From NCBI RefSeq assembly GCF_001194135.2, contig NC_068998.1, positions 46,557,085-46,602,782 of the forward strand: 45,698 nucleotides of DNA, given 5' to 3'. The translations under genes and the position numbers were made by a program. The notes under the pieces were generated by a model. The model was not told where the DNA came from. It searched no databases and was given only the letters and a program-made list of their open reading frames with translations. The DNA comes from Octopus bimaculoides. Lineage: Eukaryota. This document shows positions 25,913-37,690 of this stretch, piece by piece. The stretch's first letter is position 1; the number at the start of each line of letters is the position of its first letter.

Positions 25913-25950
<38 letters not shown>
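25250..25950 (+). mobile_element. Three head-to-tail copies of tRNA-derived SINE family D separated by (TTA)n
   Basis: Unit GAGCTGGCAGAA...GAGTTCAAATTC...TTTGCCTTTCATCCTTTC.GGGTC...AAAATTTCAGGCCTTGTG...GAAAGG(ATT)n; the core resembles the Deu/Nin-type SINE domain (inference). Confidence 0.85.
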
Positions 25951-25954
<4 letters not shown>

Positions 25955-26105
25955 TCTGCCTTAGCGAAGGCAGAGGTATTGTTTTCAGTGATGTTTGTTT
26001 GTTTGTCCGTGGACAAGATATCTCAAGAACTGCTGGATGGATTCGGATGAAACTTTCAGGGATGTTTGGCCTTGTGATTAGCACATACTGATTAGATATT
26101 TTTGT
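25948..26105 (+). mobile_element. Helentron-associated non-autonomous element (HINE/DINE-like), truncated
   Basis: Starts TTATTACCTCTGCC with a perfect 10-bp hairpin (25951-25978), then a (TTTG)n microsatellite and GGATGGATTCGGATGAAACTT, the layout I recall for DINE-1/HINE elements. Confidence 0.55.
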
Positions 26106-26304
26106 GTCAAATCAGACCATTCTGATCAAAGGTCAAGACATTTCTTTATTATTGCAGTATTGTTTCGGAACCATTTTGTCTTCGTTCAAACTTTCCAGAA
26201 TCTTCCAGTTCTTAACCTCCATCATGTTCATCTGTTGGAGTCTGAGAAGCATCTTAATCACCCTTAAGGATGACTGATGTCTTGCATGGTGACTGTGTTT
26301 AACA

Positions 26305-26727
26305 CAGGGCTGTGGAGTCGAAACAAAAAACTTTGACTCCGATTCCGACTCCTCTACTATTGGTGCCTCCAACTCCTCTACTATTGCCACCTCCGACTCA
26401 TCTACTATTGGCACCTCCAACTTCTGTACTATTTGCACCTCCGACTCCAACTCCTCTACTATTGGTGCCTCCGACTCCAACTTCTCTACTATTGGCACTT
26501 CCTACTCTGACTCCTCTTTATGGAATTAAGTGATTGTGGTCTACATATCTCATAAAGCGTATGCATACGCTTGTACTTTGAGTAGGCCTATAGGTTAGAA
26601 CTGGTTTGTATTAAAGAATAAAGGTACTGTGAGTTGGTGTTGGAGTCAGAGTCGATATAGTTTTACTGACTCCGACTCCAACTACCCCTTAATAGTTCCC
26701 AACTCCAACTCGGACTCCACAGCCCTG
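26305..26727. mobile_element. hAT-like MITE with internal ~24-bp tandem array
   Basis: Perfect 15-bp TIR CAGGGCTGTGGAGTC / GACTCCACAGCCCTG; flanks GTTTAACA and GTTTTAAG are only a degenerate 8-bp TSD; about 6 copies of CC(G/A)ACTCCTCTACTATTGG(T/C)(G/A)CCT at ~26345-26515. Confidence 0.7.
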
Positions 26728-26844
26728 GTTTTAAGTGAAGAAGAGTTGTGCACTGGCAACCCTACTCTCTCATCCATGACCATCTTCCATCCAGTGGCAC
26801 AACGGGGTCAAGACAATTGGGGATGGAGATGGATGCAGTGGATG

Positions 26845-27300
26845 ACCGCCATCATCATCATCACCACTGTCATCAACATTATTGTTGTTGTCACCATCAT
26901 TGTCATCGTTGTTTGCACCATCTTTGTTGCTGTTGTCATCGGCATCGTCATCATCAAATATCATAATCATTATCATAACATCATTGTTGACATCATTCAT
27001 CATCATCATCATCAATAACATTGTCATTTTCGTCATCATCATCATGGTAGTTATCATCACCATCCTCATCTTCACCATCGTCATCATCATCATCACCATT
27101 GCCATTGCTGTATGTTCACTCTCTATGTTGGCAGGGATTGGATCAGTCATCCCAGCCCAGCTCAGTTCTTCTTATTCAGACTTGGAGACTCCCTTATTGG
27201 GCCTCATCTTACTCTCTTCGCTCCGCAATGCATTGCTGAAGCCACCTTGCCCTCCATTGAACCATGGAGGTTTCTTCCACAGAGTCCACCAAATCCAGTC
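26845..27300 (-). mobile_element. Probable LINE 3' end with long (ATG)n tail
   Basis: Unique ~100-bp segment next to a degenerate (CAT)n tract; the same segment and tail recur at 37268-37620, so this is a dispersed retroelement end. Confidence 0.5.
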
Positions 27301-28662
27301 TTCACGTGCATATGTAGACAAACCCTAATATGCTAATAGACCCATAGCTGGGTCCCTGACAGGTGCTCCTACACCAAGTCAGAGCAAACCTGGAAACAAT
27401 ACTGGCCATGTGGTGTTTCCACAATCCCCCAAACCCTACAGTTTCTGAACCAGTGCCCCACAAGTGAATGCAATTTAAGATCACACTCTAGACACCTTTA
27501 CAGAAGTCTGCATCTCAGCTTTCCTTTGTTTACACTTTCCCATTGTCTTTTCTCATCCTTTCTCACCCTCCAAGGTGTGACTTATTGATTCTCCTGCTAT
27601 AGACTTACTTGCATTGTTCTGTTTTTAGTGCATCAATACTGGCTTACATCGCCAGGCATACAATGCAGGATATGGCTTGGATATTGCTGCAGTCGTGCTC
27701 CAACGATGCATAACCTTCACTCTGATGACAGTCGTCAGTGTCACCCACCGGCTCTGACGTCTAATATGTATTAATATATTTCATAGACAAGTATTGATTA
27801 AATATCATTTAGCTAGATTATTCTTATTTATATTTTATGTATCCTAGATTAAGACACAGAACATAAAAAAATAATTTAATTGTATCATTATGTATAAATT
27901 TTATATGACCTAATATAACACACATACATACATGTATACGTATATATATATAATGTATATCACATTTAGAGTGCATATTTTATTTATAGCATATATATTT
28001 CATAACATACAGAGTCACACACACATGCACATATATAATTCATTTTGTGTGTATACACATGTATAATTCAACACACACACACACGTCAAGTTGTTTCTTT
28101 ATATAACATTTTAATCATGTATATTTACAATATACATAAATCTGACATATTTTATTATACATATAAATTAATTTTTTTCATGACATAATATTTTATCATT
28201 AATATAGAAATTTATAATATTTTATGATGTGTATTTATAACATATATATATAGCATTTATATCATCTATGTAGATATACAAACATTTGTTTTTATCTATT
28301 TCATATTTACCTTAAAAAGACATTACTTTTAATGTGAATAGGGCAGTACTTGTAATGTGAGGTCAGCGTGGATGATATAGTAGTAGTAGTGGTGGTGGTA
28401 GTGGTGGCGTTGGTGGCAGTGGTGCAAGAAAGAGAACTAGAATGTAAACATTCAGAGATTGACTGTAACTCTGAGTATTGTTGATACAAGCTATTCCTTA
28501 TCCCAACAGGTTGATGTTATTGTAGGCTTCGTTTATCTGAAAAGTTCCATATACCGAAACAGTCTGAAGCTGTCCTCAAAGACAAAGAGTGCTAACGTGT
28601 GTCTATTATAAATAATATATATAGTGTATATTGTATATTATAATCATTATGCTAGTTACATA

Positions 28663-28971
28663 TATTCGTGTAAAAGTCATATTCAACACGTTCGAGTGCA
28701 TTCGGATGTGAGAAGATCTTCCACTGCGGAGCTACACCTGGGAACAAATTCTCTTCTTAGACGTGTCAAAACACAAGACGGGCTGTGACTGACCTCATTA
28801 CATTGTAGAACGCATGCATTTCTGTGTCGTGTCATTTCATCATATACGAACATCAAATTAGCCACTCACAACTCGAAGAGGAGAATTTTCTTGTGTGACT
28901 ATCTTCAAAGCGGATGGTCTTCCTGCGTCCAAATGCACTCGAACATATTGACTATGACTTAAACATGAATA
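28663..28971. mobile_element. Degenerate fold-back MITE, TA-flanked (Tc1/mariner-type)
   Basis: Outer 60 bp are inverted repeats (13 mismatches), patchy symmetry continues to a central ATGCAT; TA at 28661-28662 and 28972-28973. Confidence 0.7.
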
Positions 28972-29137
28972 TATTTCATTCAATGCTGCTACGGGCAAAC
29001 ATTATTTGGTGGACATTGGAATTAGACACTGAGGGAAAATGGCTGTAACTTTTTTATTTTTTAATTTTGGCGATTTTCGTTTTCGATAATGTGTTCTACA
29101 TGTCACGGTCATGCAATTCCCCCTAAAAAAAATTTTG

Positions 29138-29350
29138 GACCCCCCCACTGGGGTATGTACCAATAGCGTAGAGGCATTCTGGTCACGAATAAAACGTAGG
29201 CTGAAATATAAAAGTGGATCATGCAGTAACATGAAATGGTCACATATTGATGAGGCAATGTACCGTGATTATTACGATATGAAGTGTGAGAATTCGTGGG
29301 AAAACTTTCAGACATTTATCAAGCACATAGCCGAAATATATCCACAGTGA
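29138..29350 (+). pseudogene. C-terminal fragment of a Merlin/ISXO2-like DDE transposase
   Basis: DPPTGVCTNSVEAFWSRIKRRLK...HIDEAMYR...FIKHIAEIYPQ* matches the family motif DP.TG.HTN.IE..WS.LK...Y(L/I)DEFM(W/Y)R...F...IA..YP, including the third catalytic Glu. N-terminal part is missing. Confidence 0.85.
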
Positions 29351-29496
29351 TTTCAGAAAGGTAACGGTAAAGGTTACAGTTTTTTTTCTTTTTTTTCTTT
29401 GCTTTCGAATTTTGTTACAGGCTATCTTTCTATTTTTTTTTATTTTGTATTTTTCGTTTTCGAATATATTGTAGTGGCGCGTGTGACCGCCATCTT

Positions 29497-29842
29497 GGGA
29501 AGTGCCATTGCGCACGTGCAAGGGATTTGCCGTCAGCGGAAGTACCCGAGCACGCATGCGCAATGCAACAGTTGGAGAAAAAGCAATAGCATTCGGTCTC
29601 TTTTCTCTCTAGCAGCGGTGGTGACAACACGTATCTCACAACTCGACCCCGACATGTGGTCGAAGCTTCTTTAGTATTCTAGCGGCATGCCTGTTCACCC
29701 AGGAACGAAACGGCTCTACACCAACCTAGAATAAACTATTGATCTGTTGTTACCGTTATCCCTCGTGTTGTTGTATTTCTGGATATTAATGATTAATATA
29801 AGAACTGGAGAGAGATGGCCGAGCCATCATATCGCATCCAAT
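29497..29842. repeat. Copy 1 of a ~340-bp direct repeat inside the Merlin element
   Basis: Aligns by eye with 30862-31191, with scattered substitutions and small indels. Confidence 0.9.
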
Positions 29843-30861
29843 AATTATAACTGGTGACCCCCAACGTGATGACGGAATTATCTCTCAAACAACTCGTAAA
29901 AAAATGAAGAGACGACGAAAAACAACAAAAAACAACAACACAAGAGACGAGGGAATGAAACAATCCAACCAACTGCAACAGTTTTCTTACCCCGGAGAAA
30001 ATACCATACAGCCTGGAAACTGAACTATCAACTACTATGACATGAGCGTATTTCTCTCACCCACGTGTTCAACACCAATTGAGGCCGAGAAAAGAACAAA
30101 CGAGTGAACAGTGATTTCTCTTTTCGCCTGACTCCACATGGCTTGAAAAACAGAAAAAAAAAACAAACAACGTTGCTTCTATCTATTGTCTTACAGGACA
30201 ACACACAAAGAAAAAAAAATACTACACACAGGCACATACATAAAACTTTTTGCCTGTATTGTTTTTTTTCCTTGCAGCAACGACGTAAGGTTGGTCAACA
30301 ATATTTTTTTCTACAGACAGTACAAAGCAACACCTTCGTTGCAACTTTCTTTCACACAGACCCTTTATCTCCAGGTCTGGCNNNNNNNNNNNNNNNNNNN
30401 NNNNNNNNNNNNNNNNNNNNNNNNNNNNNNNNNNNNNNNNNNNNNNNNNNNNNNNNNNNNNNNNNNNNNNNNNNNNNNNNNNNNNNNNNNNNNNNNNNNN
30501 NNNNNNNNNNNNNNNNNNNNNNNNNNNNNNNNNNNNNNNNNNNNNNNNNNNNNNNNNNNNNNNNNNNNNNNNNNNNNNNNNNNNNNNNNNNNNNNNNNNN
30601 NNNNNNNNNNNNNNNNNNNNNNNNNNNNNNNNNNNNNNNNNNNNNNNNNNNNNNNNNNNNNNNNNNNNNNNNNNNNNNNNNNNNNNNNNNNNNNNNNNNN
30701 NNNNNNNNNNNNNNNNNNNNNNNNNNNNNNNNNNNNNNNNNNNNNNNNNNNNNNNNNNNNNNNNNNNNNNNNNNNNNNNNNNNNNNNNNNNNNNNNNNNN
30801 NNNNNNNNNNNNNNNNNNNNNNNNNNNNNNNNNNNNNNNNNNNNNNNNNNNNNNNNNNNNN

Positions 30862-31191
30862 NGGGAAGTGCCATTGCGCATGTGCAAGGGATTTGCCGTC
30901 AGCGGAAGTACCCGAGCACGCATGCACAATGCAACAGGTGGAGAAAAAGCAATAGCGTTCGCTCTCTTTTCTCTCTAGCAGCGGTGGTGACAACGCGACC
31001 CCGACATGTGGTCGAAGCTTCTTTGGTATTCTAGCGGCATGCCTGTTCACCCGGGAACGAAACGGCTCTACACCAACCTAGAGTAAACTATTGATCTGTT
31101 GTTACCGTTATCCCTCGTGTTGTATTTCTGGATATTAATGATTAATATAAGAACTGGGGAGAGATGGCCGAGCCATCATATCTCATCCAAT
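30862..31191. repeat. Copy 2 of the ~340-bp direct repeat inside the Merlin element
   Basis: Starts at the edge of the N-gap; same sequence as 29497-29842 but lacks part of the TATCTCACAACTC segment. Confidence 0.9.
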
Positions 31192-32867
31192 TCTTATATG
31201 TTCTCTGGTAAAAAGCGTGAGACTCGCAGTTCAACTTTCTGAGTAAATGCAAGATTTGGATTGTCCGCGTTTAGCTGTTATTTCTAGCATATCAAGTTTC
31301 GTGGTGGGGACTCCACATGTGATCCTTTTTCTGTTTCAATATAAATGTAAGCCGTTCATTTTCACATCTAAGTTGCGAGAAGGCTATTCGTACGACCTGG
31401 ACATGTAGAACACAATGTCAAAAATGAAAATCGCCGTGTGTGTGGGGGGAGGTGGGGTCCAAAATTTTTTTTAGGGGGAATCGCATGACCGTGACATGTA
31501 GAACACATTATCGTAAACGAAAATCGCCAAAATTAAAAAAAAAAAAAGTTACAGCCATTTTCCCTCAGTGTCTAATTCCAATGTCCACCCATTATTTAAT
31601 TATAATATACATGTTAACTTTTAGAGCATAAAAATGAATATAGTACGTATAACCTATAAATATTTTGTACTATTATATTACAGCTCCATAGAAAAAATAA
31701 GTAAATAAATAAATGGAAAAAAAAAACTTACTTAAAAACTAAAAGAAAAGCGTAAAACTGTATTTCGTGCATTATTTGTATGTTTGATTTCTTGTTGCTA
31801 TTAACAATTACGCTTGATGTGTGTGTGTGCGTGTTGCTCATTGTCCGGTGTGATTGATGTAATAGTAGTAGTAGTAACAACAGCAGCAGTTGTGAGCAAT
31901 TATATACACCACAATACCCTCTCCTCTTACCCTACTTTATATTTGTATACGCTTCACATCCACCCTTTTTTTTTATATATATGGCTGTGTGTGTGTGTGT
32001 GTCTCTACACCTTACTCAATGTCTCTTTGTGTGTATGTCTGCACCTTGCACGCTTATACTTTCTTTGTCTTTCTCCATCGAACACACATGTATATACATA
32101 TCTAGAAACACACACCTACCTCACCAGCACTACCATCACCACAAAATCCCTTTCTACCCTGAAATTCCTCACCTCTTCTGTTTTACCTTCGTCTTTACCC
32201 ATTGTCTAACCGTCTTTTTTTTTTAACGTATTTAAATCCCCATCGCCTACACCACCATTGTCTGCACCACCACCATTACCATTACGCCACCACACCCCGG
32301 CTCCATTTACTACAATACGTTGTCCCCGTACCTTATCTATTCCCTTGCCTTGCCTTTTTCTCCTCCACCACCTCCGCCTTCCACTACCTTTCACTCTACA
32401 GGTCCTGTACTCTCTCCCCCTTCTCCTACTCAACCTAACCTTAAAGTGGCTAACACACAGACAAAGGAGTAGGGGAGGAGTTTTCCTTCAAGATTTTACA
32501 AAACTGATATTATTACAACACATACATATAAACATACACATAGTTTAATCTATCTATCTATCTACACTACAACAATATCTATTTCAACATCAAGAACCTT
32601 ACGATACAACACACACACACACACTTAAGTGTTAGTTTATGAACGTAATATTTTTTTTCTTAAACTGATCCTAACAAATTCAACCCAGTTTGACGTTTTA
32701 ATAGCATTTCATATATTCTATGGATACGTATAATATAGGTATGTGAGTGTGTGGAGTAAAGTTTAATGCTATGTGCGTGAAATTTAAGTTTGTGGTGGAC
32801 GGAGACCGCCCCAGTTACCTGGGAGGGTGTATGAGTACGTGAATATTGTATGTGAAGCTATGTCCGT

Positions 32868-33290
32868 GTTGGAGCTGTACTTACTATGCTTTTATTCTTT
32901 TACTTGTGCGGCCATGCTGGAGCATCGCCTTGAAGGATTTTAATCGGCCCCAGTACTTTTTATTTTATTTTTTAAGCCTGGTAGTTAGGCAAGACTTACT
33001 TATTCTATCGCCCCCTTTAGCCGAAACGCTAGGTTACGGGGATATAAACACACCAACACCAGTTGTCAAGCGGTGGTGCTGGACAAACACAGAAATGCGT
33101 AAAGAATACGTTTCACCAACCTTTTTCGGCATAACAAAAACCCCTAACCCTAATCACTGGATGTACGTGTTCTTTACTTTCGCCCATATATACATATATA
33201 TATACACGACGGACTTCTTTCAGTTTCCGCCTACCAAATCCACTCCCAAGGCCTTGGTCGGCCCGAGGCTATTGCCCATGGTGCCACGCA
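32868..33290 (-). mobile_element. SINE family A, fragmented
   Basis: Reverse complement of family A tail (32868-33090) and head part (33200-33290). Confidence 0.7.
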
Positions 33291-33291
33291 A

Positions 33292-33675
33292 AATAATAAT
33301 TCTTTCTAATTTTGCTCAAGGCCTGGAAGTTTGGTGGAGGGGGTAGTCAATACACTGACCCCAATGCACAACTGGTTCTTGAGGTTGGAAAGGTAAAGTC
33401 GACTTTGGCGGAATTTGAACAAAGAACGTTATGACAGAAGAAATATTGCAAAGCATTTTGTCCGGTGTGCTAACAGTTCTGCCAGTTCGCTGCCTTATTA
33501 AACCCGTAAAAAATAATTCTTTCTGAATCAGGAACAACCCCAGAAATCTTAAGGGGGAAGAGGTAGTCGATTGCATCGACCCAGTACTTGACTGGTACCT
33601 ATTTTCATCAACCGCACAAAGATGAAAGGCAAATTCGTCCTCAGTGGCATTTGAACTCGGAAAGTAAAGAACCGG
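33292..33675 (-). mobile_element. Two tandem copies of SINE family D
   Basis: Reverse complement of the family D unit, twice. Confidence 0.75.
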
Positions 33676-34370
33676 AAACACACCTCCTAATAATAAATAT
33701 CGAAGACTGTGTGTTTGGATCAACATACCACGTTCCTGGCAATAATATCTGGAATTTCCTTCCAGATGCTTGAAGTGTTTTGTGGTCGGGAATAATCAAA
33801 AGAAAACTTGATACGTAGACACGTGGCACGAGGGATGGGGGACGTGTGTGTGTAAGATATCTGTGTGTCTTGGTGTAAAGTTTAAAGAATTATGGATAAT
33901 AATAACTGATCTCTGCAAGGGAATCGTTTTACCATTTCTACTCGAGCTTTTATTCTATTTATTTTACTCCTATTTTGTCTTCCGCGAAGGGAGAAAATGT
34001 ACCTTTTGCCCATTCAGCCCCTTTACCACCCCCTAGCAACATTCTCCCCCATCTCGGTTTATTTACACGATGCACATCCATACATAGCTTACATACACAT
34101 ATAATAACTATACATCCATGTGAACATGTATATGTACATACACACCCACATATATATATATATATATATATTAAAATTACACACAATTATCCTCACACAT
34201 GCACATACTAATACGCAATCATGATATACATGCATAATACATACACATGTGTATATATATATATATGTGTATATATATGTATGTGTGTGTATGTATTTTA
34301 TGCAGACATACATACACACGCATTTAAAAATGTATACATAAACACACACATGCATGTATGTGTGTGTGTG

Positions 34371-34417
<47 letters not shown>

Positions 34418-35639
34418 TCATTCCTTATTTATTCAGTAACAGATTCGATTCATGGCTGGGTGGGGTGGAAGGGGGTTAACCATCTCTACCCATTTCCCCA
34501 GTTTCTCTTCTATGCTATCACCACTGCCGCCGCCGCCACCACCACCACCAATATTATATCCAGGTATCTACTCTTCACTTATTGACTGCATAACACCTTT
34601 ATTTTCTGAACAGCTTGCTATCTCCTCCTCCTCCCCATCCCAACTGTTGGTAACTAATGCCAGTTGGAGGTAATTGTGGTGGTGGTGGTGACAGTAAGTA
34701 TCACACTCCTCCCCCCCCCGTCCCCAATCCCACCTCACTTCCTCTCTCTTCATACATACATGCACAGCACATGACGGCTTCCTGCCTCCTTACCCTCATC
34801 TCTCCTTTCCACCCCCACCCCTCCCTCTCCTTTTGTTTTTCTGTCTCTGTCTAACCGACATCCAGGTAAACATGATTTGAATATTACATTTGAACAGTCT
34901 GTCTGTCTGTGTGTGTGTGTGTGTGTTGCTGTATTATATTACCTGAGTTAGTCAGTCAGTAAGGTGAGAGAGAGAGAGAGGAAGGTAGAGGTGGTGGTGG
35001 AGGAGGAGGAAGAATAAGGGCTGCTATCTGTGGGAGTCAGTCACCTGACTGGCCCAATGGAAGTAACAGACAAGCAAGCCTTATCTACCATAACAAATTC
35101 ACTTACCTTACTCACTCTGAGAAAATAGGGATCATAGGTTTCTGTGTAAGTCACATGACTAGTTTAATGTAACTGGCATTTTAAAATAGGGACCACATGG
35201 TTTTGAATTTGTGAGTTTCTAAAGAGTCATATGACTTTTTGAGTATAACAAGCCCCAAAACTTAGGGATCACATCAACTTGAATTAGTGAGTTTCGGTGG
35301 AGTCACATCTTTTTTTCGACAAATATAATCATGAGCACTGACCCTCTCTCCAGAAGTAACAAATAAACTAAGAAAGATACACTAATTTCTAGGGAACCTG
35401 TTCACATGTTATAGTAATGTGATCAAAAATATTTCTTCAGTTCTCGTGTTGCTCTGTTTGACATTAGAGGTTTATACTGTTACCTATAGTCCACAGGTTT
35501 ATTATAACTGTTACTTATGGTCCAGAGGTTTATCACTGAGGTTACCTAGGGTCCTGAAGAACCCTACTTCTTTCCTTTATGTGACTGGTGGTGGAGGTGA
35601 TGAGAAGAAGAACGTGTACCATATTTTTCAGCATATAAG

Positions 35640-36060
35640 TAGAATTTTTCTAACCAACCACATGGTCTCTGGTTCAGTCCCACTGCGTGGCACCTTGGGC
35701 AAGAGCCTTCTACTATAGCCTCAGGCCGACCAAAGCCTTGTGAGTTGATTTGATAGATGGAAACTGAAAGAAGCCCGTCATATATATATATATATATNNN
35801 NNNNNNNNNNNNNNNNNNNNNNNNNNNNNNNNNNNNNNNNNNNNNNNNNNNNNNNNNNNNNNNNNNNNNNNNNNNNNNNNNNNNNNNNNNNNNNNNNNNN
35901 NNNNNNNNNNNNNNNNNNNNNNNNNNNNNNNNNNNNNNNNNNNNNNNGTAACTTAGCAGTTCAGCAAAAGAGGCCGATAGAATAAGTACTAGGCTTACAA
36001 AAAGAATAAGTCCTGGGGTCGATTTGCTCGACTAAAGGTGAAACAAGTAAAAGAGTAAAA
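35640..36060 (+). mobile_element. SINE family A spanning an assembly gap
   Basis: Head ends at the (TA)n before the gap; the tail resumes at 35949. Confidence 0.75.
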
Positions 36061-37267
36061 GAAAGAGAGCAAAGAAAGGTGGGTTAACTAAGACAGCAAG
36101 ATGATTTTGGAGGGCCAGAAATTTTATGTGAAATGCAGCAGGATTTGGAAAGATACTGCTGATGTTTGAATGTTTACACTACCTACTATGCTGACTTGTA
36201 TTTTGGGAAAATATGGTACACGTAACACAACAGTGTGGTGGAACAGTGGTGGTTAAAAGACATCTCATCCAGTTTTCTAAGAATTCTGTCAAACAACAGC
36301 CTCAGCTGGTATTTTATTTATTGGACCTGAAAGAATGAAAGACAAAGTTAGCCTTGATGAGATTTGAACTCAGAATGAAGAGAACTGGAACGAGTATCAA
36401 CAAAAAATTCTATGTGATGCCTTAATAATTCTGCTATTTCATCTCTCTCAAGGACACAGTGTGCTGCCTGTTCCAGGAATTGATCTTGCATCATTATGAT
36501 CATGAGCTGACCACCCTACCCACTGGACCATATTGCCTTCAGACTCACTGTGCTAAAATTCATCATCAATATTTTAAAATAGCGTTAGATATTACTCAGA
36601 TGCTGGAATAAAGATAATATTATAAACATATTCAAATCATCAGAGATNNNNNNNNNNNNNNNNNNNNNNNNNNNNNNNNNNNNNNNNNNNNNNNNNNNNN
36701 NNNNNNNNNNNNNNNNNNNNNNNNNNNNNNNNNNNNNNNNNNNNNNNNNNNNNNNNNNNNNNNNNNNNNNNNNNNNNNNNNNNNNNNNNNNNNNNNNNNN
36801 NNNNNNNNNNNNNNNNNNNNNNNNNNNNNNNNNNNNNNNNNNNNNNNNNNNNNNNNNNNNNNNNNNNNNNNNNNNNNNNNNNNNNNNNNNNNNNNNNNNN
36901 NNNNNNNNNNNNNNNNNNNNNNNNNNNNNNNNNNNNNNNNNNNNNNNNNNNNNNNNNNNNNNNNNNNNNNNNNNNNNNNNNNNNNNNNNNNNNNNNNNNN
37001 NNNNNNNNNNNNNNNNNNNNNNNNNNNNNNNNNNNNNNNNNNNNNNNNNNNNNNNNNNNNNNNNNNNNNNNNNNNNNNNNNNNNNNNNNNNNNNNNNNNN
37101 NNNNNNNNNNNNNNNNNNNNNNNNNNNNNNNNNNNNNNNNNNNNNNNNNNNNNNNNNNNNNNNAATCATCTCTGGCTAATCTTTGAGAGGATGTTGGTGT
37201 TACCATTGTGGAGGTTTGAGCTTTCTGAGTGCTCTTGTTTCAAATGAAATTCCTAGGTAAAATATAT

Positions 37268-37690
37268 AATCATCATCATCATCATCAACATTGTTGTTGT
37301 CATCATCATCACCACTATCACCAACATCCTTGTTGTCACTCATCATAGTTGTTGCCACCACCATCACCATCATCTTAAGATCATTGATGACATCATAATC
37401 ATCAAAATCATCAGTATCATTCTTGCTGTCACAGTCATTTTCATCATCATCACTATTATCGTCATCGTCAATGTTGTCATCATTATCATTGTTGTTATCA
37501 TCATCCTTGTCTTCATCATCTCCATCGTCATTGCCGTATGTTCACACTCCATTTTGTCAGGCACTGAATCAGTCATCACAGCCCAAGTCGGTTCTTATTC
37601 AGACTTACAAACTTCCTCGTTGGGTCGGTGATGAGCATGTGGTGCCCTTGGTTCTCCTATTGGCCTCATATCCATGGCACTGTGCCCCTC
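37268..37690 (-). mobile_element. Second copy of the (ATG)n-tailed retroelement end
   Basis: GCCGTATGTTCAC...GAATCAGTCATCACAGCCCA...TTCTTATTCAGACTT matches 27106-27184. Confidence 0.5.

Larger units (their letters stand above)
29008..31589. mobile_element. Non-autonomous Merlin-superfamily (IS1595/ISXO2-like) DNA transposon
   Basis: 136-bp TIRs (29008-29143 and 31454-31589) starting GGTGGACATTGG with 3 substitutions; perfect 8-bp TSD CATTATTT at 29000-29007 and 31590-31597; internal transposase stub. 5'-GG termini and 8-9-bp TSDs are Merlin hallmarks. Confidence 0.9.

Noticed and set aside
26140-26270. TTATTGCAG acceptor candidate for exon 2
   Set aside because: Phase-1 reading hits a stop and has no WHD similarity.
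26133-26498. 121-aa acidic repetitive ORF on the minus strand
   Set aside because: The repeats are the 24-bp array of the hAT-like MITE read in frame; no splice or homology support.
26629-27328. Poly-His, poly-Ile and poly-Met ORFs (also 37370-37728 and 45245-45492)
   Set aside because: Translations of (CAT)n/(GAT)n microsatellites.
28525-28570. CTGAAAA...CGAAACAGTC hammerhead-like string
   Set aside because: G8 is missing, stem II is not convincingly paired and stem I needs a bulge; could be chance.
30104-31050. Several 170-280-aa ORFs
   Set aside because: Length comes from reading through the N-gap (same for 5732-6550, 19852-20512, 36585-37206).
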